Of a DNA stretch of 64,000 bases, positions 49,450 to 57,705 are shown in pieces. The DNA is from an uncultured Acetobacteraceae bacterium (GTDB taxonomy: Bacteria > Pseudomonadota > Alphaproteobacteria > Acetobacterales > Acetobacteraceae), in contig CAIVPZ010000016.1 of the NCBI GenBank assembly GCA_903907955.1, forward strand, positions 123,917-187,916. The letters run 5' to 3'. Position numbers and translations under genes: made by a program. Below the pieces are notes generated by a model. It did not search any database. It worked only from the letters and a program-made list of their open reading frames with translations, and had not been told where the DNA came from. How positions within the stretch are numbered: the stretch's first letter is position 1; every line of letters begins with the position of its first letter.

Positions 49450-49470
49450 GGGGCGTTGGATGGAGAAAGC

Positions 49471-49514
49471 CCAGGGCGCTGCCCTGGACCCGCCAGGGGG
49501 CAGTGGCCCCCTTG
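49471..49514. repeat. REP-like double-hairpin element, copy 5, orientation B
   Basis: CCAGGGC-gct-GCCCTGG, acccgc, CAGGGGGC-agtg-GCCCCCttg. Reverse complement of copies 3 and 4. Confidence 0.55.
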
Positions 49515-49589
49515 ACCCCATTCTATAAGAAATCATTGGGTTGCAAGGGGTGATTTCCCCCAACCACCAAGCGGTGCAGCGTGTGGTGC

Positions 49590-49623
49590 GAAAAGAAGAA
49601 GGCCCGCTGCAGGGCAGCGGGCC
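49590..49623 (-). terminator. intrinsic terminator of the RTX-like gene
   Basis: GGCCCGCTG-caggg-CAGCGGGCC. On the minus strand it is followed by TTCTTCTTTTCG. Lies 29 nt after the stop of 49652..51616. Confidence 0.55.
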
Positions 49624-49651
49624 TTGATGGAGGGATGACCGAGCGCGTTGG

Positions 49652-51616
49652 TCAGGCGATGGTGCCGGGCTGAATGGTGCCGGCTTTGATGACGAAGTCG
49701 TTGGTCAATGAGATCGTGCTGTGATCCGTGCCGTAACCGGCGAACTTGATGGTAACGCCATCGCTGAGGGTGACAAGTGTGTAGCCGCTGCTGCCGGTGC
49801 CGTAGGCGTGTTCGCCGGTGATGGTGGCGGTCGTCGTGTTGGCGGGCGAGAACAGGTCGATCTTGTCGGAGCCTTGGACGAAGTCGGTGATGGTGATGGT
49901 GGTGTTCTGGGCATGCAGGTTGATGTCCACGAACTGGTCGTTGCCCTTGCCGCCGGTGAGGGTTTCGTTGCCGGTGCCGAAAATGAAGGTGTCCGCGCCG
50001 ACGCCGCCAACCAGCGTCTCGGGCGCGGCGCCGGTAAGATCACTGCCGATCAGCGTGTCGTTGCCCTTGCTGGCGGCTTGGATGTAGGTCGTGTAGGCGC
50101 CCGCCTGCAGGGTGTCGCCGCTGCCGCCGCCGAAGATCGACACGGCGCCGACGAGCAGATTCTTGCCCGATGTCCCGCCGTACTCTGCCTTCAATACTCC
50201 GCCGCTGGCGGAGCCGCCGCCGAACACGGTCTGGCTGCCACCTGAAACCGTGACGACCACATTGTTTGCTGTGAAGCCGGTGGAGGCAACGGGCACACCG
50301 TTCCAGTCGGTTTGCGAGACGGTGCCGAAGTAGAGAACGTTATTACCTGATGGCTTGATGAAGTAGGTGGTGGTGGCGTTATCAGAGCCGGTAATAAGAA
50401 GCCTTTTGCCGGCAGCGGTTGTACTATCCGTAACAACAAGGCCCGTGTCAGTCTTTAGCGTAACATTCTGGGCCGCAAGGACGGAGGCGGCCAGAGCCGT
50501 CGAGGCGAAGCTGACGGTGTCGGCACCGCTGAAGGTAATGCGGGCGCCAGCGCCGGCGTCGCCGACGGAGAAGTTTCCTCCGGCGAGATTCACAGTGGTC
50601 GAACCGCCCAGGCGGATTGTGTCGCTGCCAGTGCCTTGGAGCACAAAACGGTTGCCGCCGGTCAGCGACAGGGTGTCGCCAGTGGCAACATCCACGAGAA
50701 GGGGCTGGGTCTTGTTGGTGTAGGTGATGGTCTCGGTGGCGTTGGCGGTCGTGTTGACCGTGGTTTGGCCGGTGCCACTGCCACCGATCGAGAGGTCGCC
50801 GGCAGCGGCCTGGTTGACCTGCACGGCAACGTTGCCGGCATAGATCGAGCCGCTGCCGAGAGCGGTAATGGTGTCGGTATGGGGGGGGGCGGACCCTTGG
50901 ATGTTGACCGCAGCGCCGCCGAGCAGGCTGACGTTGATGCCGACAGCGCTGGTGATGACATCGGATTTGCCGGCGGCGGTCAGGCTGGGGACGGCTGGCG
51001 GAGTCGTTTTCGGGTTGGCGCTGTAGGGAACGATATCGAAGTTGCCGCCCGCCATGGTGACGGCGCCGGAACCGCCGACGGTGGCGTAGCCGCCCGTGAT
51101 GATTACGTTGCCGCCGAGATCGTGCAGCAGCACACCGGCACAACCGGCGATAACGTCGAGGTATCCCGAGTAAGCATTGATGGTGGCGGAGCCGAGTGTG
51201 GCGTTGACGGTGGTGCCTGGTGCGGTGGGCGACGTACCGCCGGCGTCAATGTAGTAGGATTCACCGAAATGGCTACCGTTTTTCAGAAGATTGCCGCCGA
51301 TGCTGTCGCCGCTGAAATAGATGCCCTGGTTTTTGCCGACAGCGGTGTAGGTAATATGATCGCCGGCCCCGGGAAGGGTGCCGCCACCGAGAACGCTGGC
51401 GTTGGCGGCGGTGCCGACGACATTGGCGCCGGCATGATAAAGGACGATGCCGTGCGCCTTGGTGGTGACGGCACCCGGGGGGTCGAAGTACTGGTCGCTT
51501 GCTGGAAGATTGCTGATAGCGCTGCCGGCCGACTGGGCGATGGTTCCCAACTGGTCGGTGGTGAACGGTATGGTCACCGTGCCATTTGCGCCTACAACCG
51601 TAACGTTGAACGCCAT
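49652..51616 (-). CDS. large secreted beta-helical repeat protein with a C-terminal RTX-like module; putative type I secretion substrate (adhesin or S-layer-like)
   Basis: 654 aa, Gly/Thr/Ser/Val-rich, and no N-terminal signal peptide (MAFNVTVVGANG). The C-terminal GGVGADTFIFGTGNETLTGGKGNDQF resembles GGxGxDxx hemolysin-type Ca-binding repeats, then an acidic/hydrophobic tail typical of T1SS signals. No T1SS genes in the window. Confidence 0.55.
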   Translation of the reverse strand: MAFNVTVVGANGTVTIPFTTDQLGTIAQSAGSAISNLPASDQYFDPPGAVTTKAHGIVLYHAGANVVGTAANASVLGGGTLPGAGDHITYTAVGKNQGIYFSGDSIGGNLLKNGSHFGESYYIDAGGTSPTAPGTTVNATLGSATINAYSGYLDVIAGCAGVLLHDLGGNVIITGGYATVGGSGAVTMAGGNFDIVPYSANPKTTPPAVPSLTAAGKSDVITSAVGINVSLLGGAAVNIQGSAPPHTDTITALGSGSIYAGNVAVQVNQAAAGDLSIGGSGTGQTTVNTTANATETITYTNKTQPLLVDVATGDTLSLTGGNRFVLQGTGSDTIRLGGSTTVNLAGGNFSVGDAGAGARITFSGADTVSFASTALAASVLAAQNVTLKTDTGLVVTDSTTAAGKRLLITGSDNATTTYFIKPSGNNVLYFGTVSQTDWNGVPVASTGFTANNVVVTVSGGSQTVFGGGSASGGVLKAEYGGTSGKNLLVGAVSIFGGGSGDTLQAGAYTTYIQAASKGNDTLIGSDLTGAAPETLVGGVGADTFIFGTGNETLTGGKGNDQFVDINLHAQNTTITITDFVQGSDKIDLFSPANTTTATITGEHAYGTGSSGYTLVTLSDGVTIKFAGYGTDHSTISLTNDFVIKAGTIQPGTIA

Positions 51617-52153
51617 GCGAGATCCCTCCGGGCGAGATCGATTCAGTCAGACTAATCGGACCAACCGAGCTGGGAATTCATTAGAAAGTAGATAGCGCCG
51701 CAACCCTATTGGCCGTCATCACGGCCGGCGGTAGATTGCTTCGCAACCATCAAGTTGCCTGTCATCGACAGGGAAACAGGATAAGCAAGATCCCCTACCA
51801 TCCGGTAAACAGTGAGCCGCCAATCCGTAGAGCGCGCTCAGGGGGGCAGCTTGGGATTACCCTGCGCTCGGACGCGATTAGCTATTGTTAAGCGCTTCTT
51901 AGGGCATCGCGGAACCGTTGCGCAAGGTTTATCGCGTATCCGGGCATGAGAAAAAACAAAAAAACTGATTGACGGCGCGCATGGTGTTTCGGGGCCGGCG
52001 CGATTGCGCGTACAAAGTAGGCGCTTCGTGCGGAAATGCGCCACCGGATTGCCCGGATTATATCGGAGTGCCTAAAGGATGTGCATCTGTACCGTAATCT
52101 TGGGGCGGGAACAAACGGAGCACCAGCGGCCGGACCGGGCTGAAAAGGTCACT

Positions 52154-52546
52154 TCAATTATCTGTTTTATCCCGCAACGATGGGTGGGGCGGCTCCGGGG
52201 TGCTGGAAAGGCGAGCGAGGCGGACGGCGGTGCGGACCAGCAAGGCGCGGTCATCGGGCGTGCAGTCGCGGTAGGCACGCAGCAGTGCCATTTCGTCGCC
52301 AAGCAGCGGCAGTGGAGGGCCGCCGGCTTCCGGCTCACCGGTGAGCAGGTAGGCCGCGCTGGTGCCGAGGAAGCGGGCGATGCGCGCCAGGTTGCCGCCG
52401 ACCTGGCCGGCGCGGCCGGTCTCCCACTGGGCGACGGCGCTCCGGGTGACGCCGACGGCGCGCGCCAACTGGTCCTGGGTGAGGCCCTGGGCGAGGCGGG
52501 CGGCGCGGATGCGGGCGCCGAGCTCGGCGGTTGGTGGATCGGTCAT
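52154..52546 (-). CDS. XRE-family (Cro/CI-type) HTH transcriptional regulator; putative repressor of the phage-like element
   Basis: LTQDQLARAVGVTRSAVAQWETGRAGQVGGNLARIARFLG is a classic XRE HTH. A C-terminal extension is present. Transcribed away from the structural genes. Confidence 0.7.
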   Translation of the reverse strand: MTDPPTAELGARIRAARLAQGLTQDQLARAVGVTRSAVAQWETGRAGQVGGNLARIARFLGTSAAYLLTGEPEAGGPPLPLLGDEMALLRAYRDCTPDDRALLVRTAVRLARLSSTPEPPHPSLRDKTDN

Positions 52547-52592
52547 GCGAACGACATAGGTGAAGAATTCTAACGGCGCAATGTCAGGCTTG

Positions 52593-52619
52593 TTGACATG
52601 CGTAAGTTAGTAGGACTAA
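52593..52619. promoter_or_regulatory. divergent switch region with a TTGACA box and the palindrome TTAGTAGGACTAA (candidate operator)
   Basis: TTGACA at 52593-52598, followed 8 nt later by the perfect inverted repeat TTAGT-agg-ACTAA at 52607-52619. Lies between the XRE start (52546) and the plus-strand ORF at 52649. Confidence 0.35.
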
Positions 52620-52648
52620 CGTCTGGCCGTCAGAGCAAGAGGTTTCCC

Positions 52649-52948
52649 ATGGCGGCAAGCATCGAGACCTGGACGGCTCCCTCCGATTTCCGGCTGCGTC
52701 GGATGCGCCTGGAAGGCGCGTCGTGGGAGGCAATCGCTGAGGCGCTGGCAGTCAGTCCGCAGGCGGCGCGCGTGCGCGCGGATCGGATCGCGGCACGCCG
52801 GCCGTCGCCTGGCCTGACCGCGACCGAGGATCCGGCGCGCGAGCCGCTGCCAGCGGGGCATCCGCGGGCCTGGGGCGTGCTGACGCAGGGAACCTGGCTG
52901 GCCGGAACGCGCTATCCGACGCCGGCGATGATGGGGTGCGTGGCGTGA
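52649..52948 (+). CDS. small hypothetical protein with a GcrA-N-terminal-like HTH segment
   Basis: Start MAASIETWTAPSDFRLRRMRLEGASWEAIAEALAVSPQAARVRADRIA, RBS aagagg. Loosely resembles the W-T-x-E-R...EG-x-S-x2-IA-x2-LG...R pattern of the GcrA N-terminal domain. Internal ATG of track ORF 52598..52948. Confidence 0.3.
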   Translation: MAASIETWTAPSDFRLRRMRLEGASWEAIAEALAVSPQAARVRADRIAARRPSPGLTATEDPAREPLPAGHPRAWGVLTQGTWLAGTRYPTPAMMGCVA

Positions 52949-53460
52949 AGCCGGCGGTGATGAGCGCGGGCGGCGGCGAGGCATCGGCCGATCCGGCATC
53001 GCGTGGCGCGAACCGGAGGGGCGGGACTGCGGGAAGGGAAGGTGTCCATGACGCGCAACTGGTGGTGGCGCGCCTGGAAGAGGCGGGGCGGACCCTGCTG
53101 GCACTGCCCCCGGGCGGGTATTCGACCGGCATGCGGCTGAATGTGGCTGCCCTGGTGCGCCATATGATCGCGGCAGGGGAGGGGGAGCCGGTGCCCGCCC
53201 GGTTGCATCCATCGGTCCCCTCGGCAGCGGTGATTACCCGCATGGACGAGGCTCTGGGATGGATTCCGCTGATCCCGCGTGACCGCAGCGTTCTCCGCCG
53301 CATTGTTGGTGCCCGGTCGCTGGTCAACCCGATGACCGACCGGCATCTGTATCCGTGGCGGCGGCTGGGGGTGATGCTCGGTGCCGACCACAAGGCGGTG
53401 CAGCGCTGGCATGCCCAGGGAGTGGACATGATCGTTGCGGCGTTGAACGCGGCCGGCTGA
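52936..53460 (+). CDS. hypothetical protein with a C-terminal HTH-like segment (possible late-gene activator; unassigned)
   Basis: 174 aa. Overlaps the preceding ORF by 13 nt. C-terminal LYPWRRLGVMLGADHKAVQRWHAQGVDMIVAAL resembles a sigma-region-4/LuxR-type HTH. Confidence 0.3.
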   Translation: MRGVKPAVMSAGGGEASADPASRGANRRGGTAGREGVHDAQLVVARLEEAGRTLLALPPGGYSTGMRLNVAALVRHMIAAGEGEPVPARLHPSVPSAAVITRMDEALGWIPLIPRDRSVLRRIVGARSLVNPMTDRHLYPWRRLGVMLGADHKAVQRWHAQGVDMIVAALNAAG

Positions 53461-53529
53461 CCCAACAAGGCCCGGAATGCCCGGCTATTGGGCATTTCGG
53501 GCCGGCGGCGTGGCGCGCGGGTGGTGTGT

Positions 53530-53895
53530 CTATGGCAGCAGGGTTGTTTCGACGCGCGGCAGACGGAATGCGGCGTGGCAGCGTGGCGTGGCGTAGGTGC
53601 CGGTGGCGGCCGCGCCGTCGAGGCGGCCGGTGACGGTGAGCGTGAAGGGAGGGGCCGCGGTGGCGGAGTGGCTCTGCTGGTCGTGCCGGGAGGGATTGGT
53701 GACCAGCGATCCGGTGAAGCTGCCGTCGGGTGCCACGGTGCCGGAAATGACCAAAACTCCATCGGACGGCGAAAAGCTGAAGCCGGCGGCCTGGCGCACC
53801 AACGTTGCCCGTGCGCCTGATCCTGCCCCGCAAGCCGGCAGATCGCCCGCATAGCGGCTTTCAGCGGCGAGCGGCATGCCGCAGCCGGCTGCCAT
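53530..53895 (-). CDS. hypothetical protein, possibly a lipoprotein (spanin-like is a guess)
   Basis: The in-frame upstream codons read LSRLLALAAASCL-MAAGCGMPLAA, i.e. a signal-peptide-like hydrophobic stretch with a possible lipobox AAGC, but no canonical start codon lies upstream of the ATG at 53895. Directly downstream of the RlpA-like gene. Confidence 0.25.
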   Translation of the reverse strand: MAAGCGMPLAAESRYAGDLPACGAGSGARATLVRQAAGFSFSPSDGVLVISGTVAPDGSFTGSLVTNPSRHDQQSHSATAAPPFTLTVTGRLDGAAATGTYATPRCHAAFRLPRVETTLLP

Positions 53896-53930
53896 GAGGC
53901 AACTGGCTGCGGCGAGGGCGAGAAGGCGGC

Positions 53931-54500
53931 TCAGAGCGGGGTGAGCGTGACCATGGCCACGCCGCGTTCGAGGATGCCGAGTTCGCGGGCGGCGGCGCGC
54001 GAGAGATCAATGATCCGCTTTCGCGTGCCCGGCCGGTCGTTGATGGTAACCACAACGTCGCGCCCGCTGTCGACCAGGGTCACACGGACCCGGGTGCCGA
54101 TCGGGAGACTGGCGTGGGCGGCGGTGAGGGCGTCCTGGTCGTAGACGTCGCCGCTGCTGGTGCGGTTGCCGTGCCAGCGCTGGCCACCGTACCACGAGGC
54201 GATGCCGGTCTGGTGCGTGCCGGAGGCTGCCGGACGTTCCTCGAGGAAGGCTGCGGTGCGGTAGGGGGCGACACGCGCAGGCGCATGCGCTGCGGCGGGG
54301 TGGACGGTGGGGGTGCGGCGCAAGCGCTGGGCGTGCACGACCTGATGTGGGCTTTGGCGAGTCTGAGCGGACTTTCGGTGCTTGCTGCCAAGGGTCGGTC
54401 CCGGGGTGTCATGGATGTGGGACGCGACTGCCACATTGGGCCCCATCAGCAGCACTGAAGCCACTACGCCCGAAAGGGCGGTCCTCGTGAGATCGATCAT
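53931..54500 (-). CDS. RlpA-like lytic transglycosylase (double-psi beta-barrel) with a signal peptide
   Basis: Start MIDLTRTALSGVVASVLLMGPNVAVA (signal peptide). IASWYGGQ...GNRTSSGDVYDQDALTAAHASLPIGTRVRVTLVDSGRDVVVTINDRPG is the RlpA DPBB domain. Internal ATG of track ORF 53931..54689. Confidence 0.6.
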   Translation of the reverse strand: MIDLTRTALSGVVASVLLMGPNVAVASHIHDTPGPTLGSKHRKSAQTRQSPHQVVHAQRLRRTPTVHPAAAHAPARVAPYRTAAFLEERPAASGTHQTGIASWYGGQRWHGNRTSSGDVYDQDALTAAHASLPIGTRVRVTLVDSGRDVVVTINDRPGTRKRIIDLSRAAARELGILERGVAMVTLTPL

Positions 54501-54944
54501 CAAACGTATTCCCGTTCCGTTGCCATGTCCCGGAGGTCGGGACGTGGTCATGATGGAACCGCCGTACCCAAAAATGGGGCGGGCGGCAATGGTGCGGATC
54601 AAACGGCGCATCGAGCCAAGGAAACGCACCTTGATCAAACCCGGAAATGTGGCTGAATTAAGACTCGGGCCGAAGGCTTCTGGCGGCATCGCCGATCATG
54701 ACTGGGGCTGGCCCGCCTATGCCCGGAAGGACTGCCGAACTTTCCCGTAAGGACAGTGGGTTACGGAGCGTTACGTACGCGATCGAGAGGATCGCGGAAA
54801 ATAATCCGCACAGACTGAAAAAATTCCTTGCCCAAACGCCCCGGTTCAGGGTATAGGTTTCGCCATGATCGGCGGCGTGCGCGGACGGAGGTCCGGCACG
54901 CCGCTTTGCGTTTCAACCCCGATAGCGAGGCTCGGACCCGGTGC

Positions 54945-56300
54945 ATGGCAGGGCCGTTGCTGCGATTGCCGGATTGGGCGAATACGGCGCTCGCGCCGTT
55001 GGCGCCGGCGGCGCACCACTTGCTCCTGCTGGCGAAGCTGGAGCGGCTGGAGGCCGGAGAGATCGACCGGCTGATGGTGCTGATGCCGCCCGGCAGTGCC
55101 AAGTCAACCTATGTATCTGTTCTGTTCCCGGCGTGGTGGCTGCATCGCCGGCGCCGCAGCTCGGTGATCGCGGCATGCCATACGGCGGATCTGGCCGAGC
55201 ATTTCGGGCGGCAGGTGCGCCGGCTGGTGAGCGAGCATGCAGATGTGCTGGGCTATGGGCTGGCGGCCGGCGACCGCGCGGCAGGGCGCTGGGCGACGAC
55301 CGACGGCGGCACCTATTTCGCCACCGGGGTGCGTGGGCCAATCACCGGACGCCGGGCCGACCTGGTGGTGATCGATGACCCCATCAAGAGCCATGCCGAG
55401 GCAGACAGCGCGCTGCACCGCGACCACGCGTGGGACTGGTACCGCAGCGATCTGGTGACCCGGCTGCGGCCGGGGGCGCGGGTGGTGGTGGTGATGACGC
55501 GCTGGCACCCCGACGACCTCGGGGGGAGGCTGTTGGAGTGCGACCCGGGTTGGGACGTGCTGCGGCTGCCGGCGCTGGCGGAGGCGGGCGATCCGCTCGG
55601 GCGGGCGCCTGGCGAGGCGCTCTGGCCCGAGTGGGAGGATCTCGCCGCGCTGGAGCGCAAGCGGGCATTGGTGGGCGGGCGGATGTGGTCGGCGCTGTTT
55701 CAGCAGTCGCCGCGGCGCGATCACGGGACGCTGTTTCCGGTCGGGAAGATCGATGTGGTCGAGGCGGTGCCGGCGGATATGGGCAGCGTGCGCGCCTGGG
55801 ACCTGGCGGCGACGGCGCAGGGTGATGGGCGCGATCCGGACTGGACGGTCGGGCTGAGACTCGGGCGCGAGCCGTCGGGGCGCTTTCTGGTGTCGGACGT
55901 GGTGCGCCTGCGGGGCGGACCGCATGAGGTGGAGGAGGCGATCGTGGCGACCGCACACCAGGATGGACGTGCGGTGCCGGTCGGCCTGCCGCAGGACCCC
56001 GGCCAGGCTGGCAAGCATCAGGTGGCGTGGCTGGCCACCCGGCTGGCCGGGCACCGGGTGGTCGCGTCTGCCGAGACGGGGGCCAAGCTGACCCGCGCGC
56101 TGCCGGTGGCGGCACAGGTGGAGGCCGGCAATCTGCGGCTGCTGCGCGGCGGATGGAACCGCGCCCTGCTGGACGAGCTGCGCGACTTTCCGCACGGGCG
56201 CAAGGACGACCAGGTGGACGCGCTGTCCCGTGCCTTCTCGATGCTGGCCGATACGCCGCCGCCGGTGCGGCGCCTGCACCTGCCGATCATGTGCCGCTGA
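54945..56300 (+). CDS. phage terminase large subunit
   Basis: ATPase Walker-A-like MVLMPPGSAKST and Walker B/coupling VVIDDPIKSHAEAD. Nuclease domain VVVMTRWHPDDLGG...DDQVDALS. 451 aa. Internal ATG of track ORF 54828..56300. Confidence 0.75.
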   Translation: MAGPLLRLPDWANTALAPLAPAAHHLLLLAKLERLEAGEIDRLMVLMPPGSAKSTYVSVLFPAWWLHRRRRSSVIAACHTADLAEHFGRQVRRLVSEHADVLGYGLAAGDRAAGRWATTDGGTYFATGVRGPITGRRADLVVIDDPIKSHAEADSALHRDHAWDWYRSDLVTRLRPGARVVVVMTRWHPDDLGGRLLECDPGWDVLRLPALAEAGDPLGRAPGEALWPEWEDLAALERKRALVGGRMWSALFQQSPRRDHGTLFPVGKIDVVEAVPADMGSVRAWDLAATAQGDGRDPDWTVGLRLGREPSGRFLVSDVVRLRGGPHEVEEAIVATAHQDGRAVPVGLPQDPGQAGKHQVAWLATRLAGHRVVASAETGAKLTRALPVAAQVEAGNLRLLRGGWNRALLDELRDFPHGRKDDQVDALSRAFSMLADTPPPVRRLHLPIMCR

Positions 56301-56313
56301 GGCAGAGGAACCA

Positions 56314-57705
56314 ATGTTCGAAACCATCTGCGGACTGATTCCGCGCGATCCGGACTACGACGAGCGCACCCGCCGACTGGACATCCTGAAACGGGTGCTG
56401 GAAGGCCGGCTTTACGACTCGTTGCCGTTCGAATTTCATGAGGAACGCAGTGCGGCCGGCGAATATGTGCCGCTGCGCCTGCGGCGGCCTTCGGTGCGCT
56501 ATCCGCTGGCGCGCATTGTCGTCGATGACAGCGTGTCGCTGGTGTTTGGCGACGGGCATTTCCCGATGCTGGACAGCGAGGACGCAGCGGTGCGTGCGGC
56601 GCTCGCCGACATCGCCAAGGAAGCCGGGCTTAACCGGGTGATGCTGGACGCGGTGCTGCGCGGCTCGGTGGGGTCGGTGGCCATCCAGCTTCGGATGCTG
56701 CGCGGGCGGGTTTTCCTGCAGGTGCTGGAGACGACCTATCTGACGCCGCGCTGGGATCCGGAGGAACCGGATACGCTGCAGAGTGTGACCGAAGAGTACA
56801 AGGTGCCGGGTCGGGTGCTGGCGGCGCAGGGATATACGCTGGCCGATGCGGCCTCGGCCTACTGGTTCATGCGGCGCTGGGACGCCGAGACCGAGACCTG
56901 GTTCGAACCGTGGCCGGTGGGGCAGCAATGCGTGCCGGTGGTCGATGAGACGCGCACGGTGCGGCACGGGCTGGGTTTCGTGCCGCTGGTGTGGATCCGC
57001 AACCTGCCGGGCGGCGACCGGGTGGACGGTGCCTGTACCTTCCGTCCGGCGATCGAGACCGCGATCGAGATCGACTACCAGCTCAGCCAGGCCGGAAGGG
57101 GACTGAAATACAGCTCCGATCCCACGCTGCTGGTGCGCGAGCCGGCGGCGATGGAGGGCGAACTGATCCGCGGTGGCGGCAACGCGCTGGTGGTGTCCGA
57201 AAAGGGCGACGCCAAGCTGCTGGAGATCAATGGCACCGCGGCGGCGGCGGTGATCGATTACGTGCGCACTTTGCGCGAGCTGGCGCTGGAAGGCGTGCAC
57301 GGCAACCGTGCCTCCGCCGAGCGGCTGTCGGGGGCGCAGTCGGGGCGTGCGCTGGAGATGATGAACCAGGGGCTGGTGTGGCTCGCCGACAACCTGCGGG
57401 TCAGTTACGGCGCCGGGTTGCTGGAGCTGGCGCGCATGGTGATCCGCGCTTCCAACCGCTACGCGCTGCGCACGCATGGGGAACGGATTCCGCCGCTCGA
57501 TCCCTCGGCGCGGGTCGGTCTGAAATGGCCGCGTTGGTACTCGCCGACGGCTGAAGACAGGCTGCGCGACGCGCAGACGCTGCGCGTGCTGGCCGGCTCC
57601 GGCACCATCTCGAGAGAGACGGCGCTCAAGTGCATCGCCGACGTCTACGACATCGAGGACGCACCGGCGGAACTCGCCCGAATTGCAGCCGAGAGGACGC
57701 CATGA
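56314..57705 (+). CDS. phage portal protein
   Basis: 463 aa immediately after the terminase. Conserved central region GLGFVPLVWIRNLPGG...LSQAGRGLKYSSDPTLL and a C-terminal helical crown. Position and size are typical of a portal. Confidence 0.6.
   Translation: MFETICGLIPRDPDYDERTRRLDILKRVLEGRLYDSLPFEFHEERSAAGEYVPLRLRRPSVRYPLARIVVDDSVSLVFGDGHFPMLDSEDAAVRAALADIAKEAGLNRVMLDAVLRGSVGSVAIQLRMLRGRVFLQVLETTYLTPRWDPEEPDTLQSVTEEYKVPGRVLAAQGYTLADAASAYWFMRRWDAETETWFEPWPVGQQCVPVVDETRTVRHGLGFVPLVWIRNLPGGDRVDGACTFRPAIETAIEIDYQLSQAGRGLKYSSDPTLLVREPAAMEGELIRGGGNALVVSEKGDAKLLEINGTAAAAVIDYVRTLRELALEGVHGNRASAERLSGAQSGRALEMMNQGLVWLADNLRVSYGAGLLELARMVIRASNRYALRTHGERIPPLDPSARVGLKWPRWYSPTAEDRLRDAQTLRVLAGSGTISRETALKCIADVYDIEDAPAELARIAAERTP

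Noticed and set aside
54382-54750. 122-aa plus-strand track ORF upstream of the terminase as a possible small terminase
   Set aside because: Its first 40 codons are antisense to the RlpA-like gene. The remainder has low third-position GC (about 65 percent versus about 90 percent for real genes here) and no HTH or terminase-small motif.
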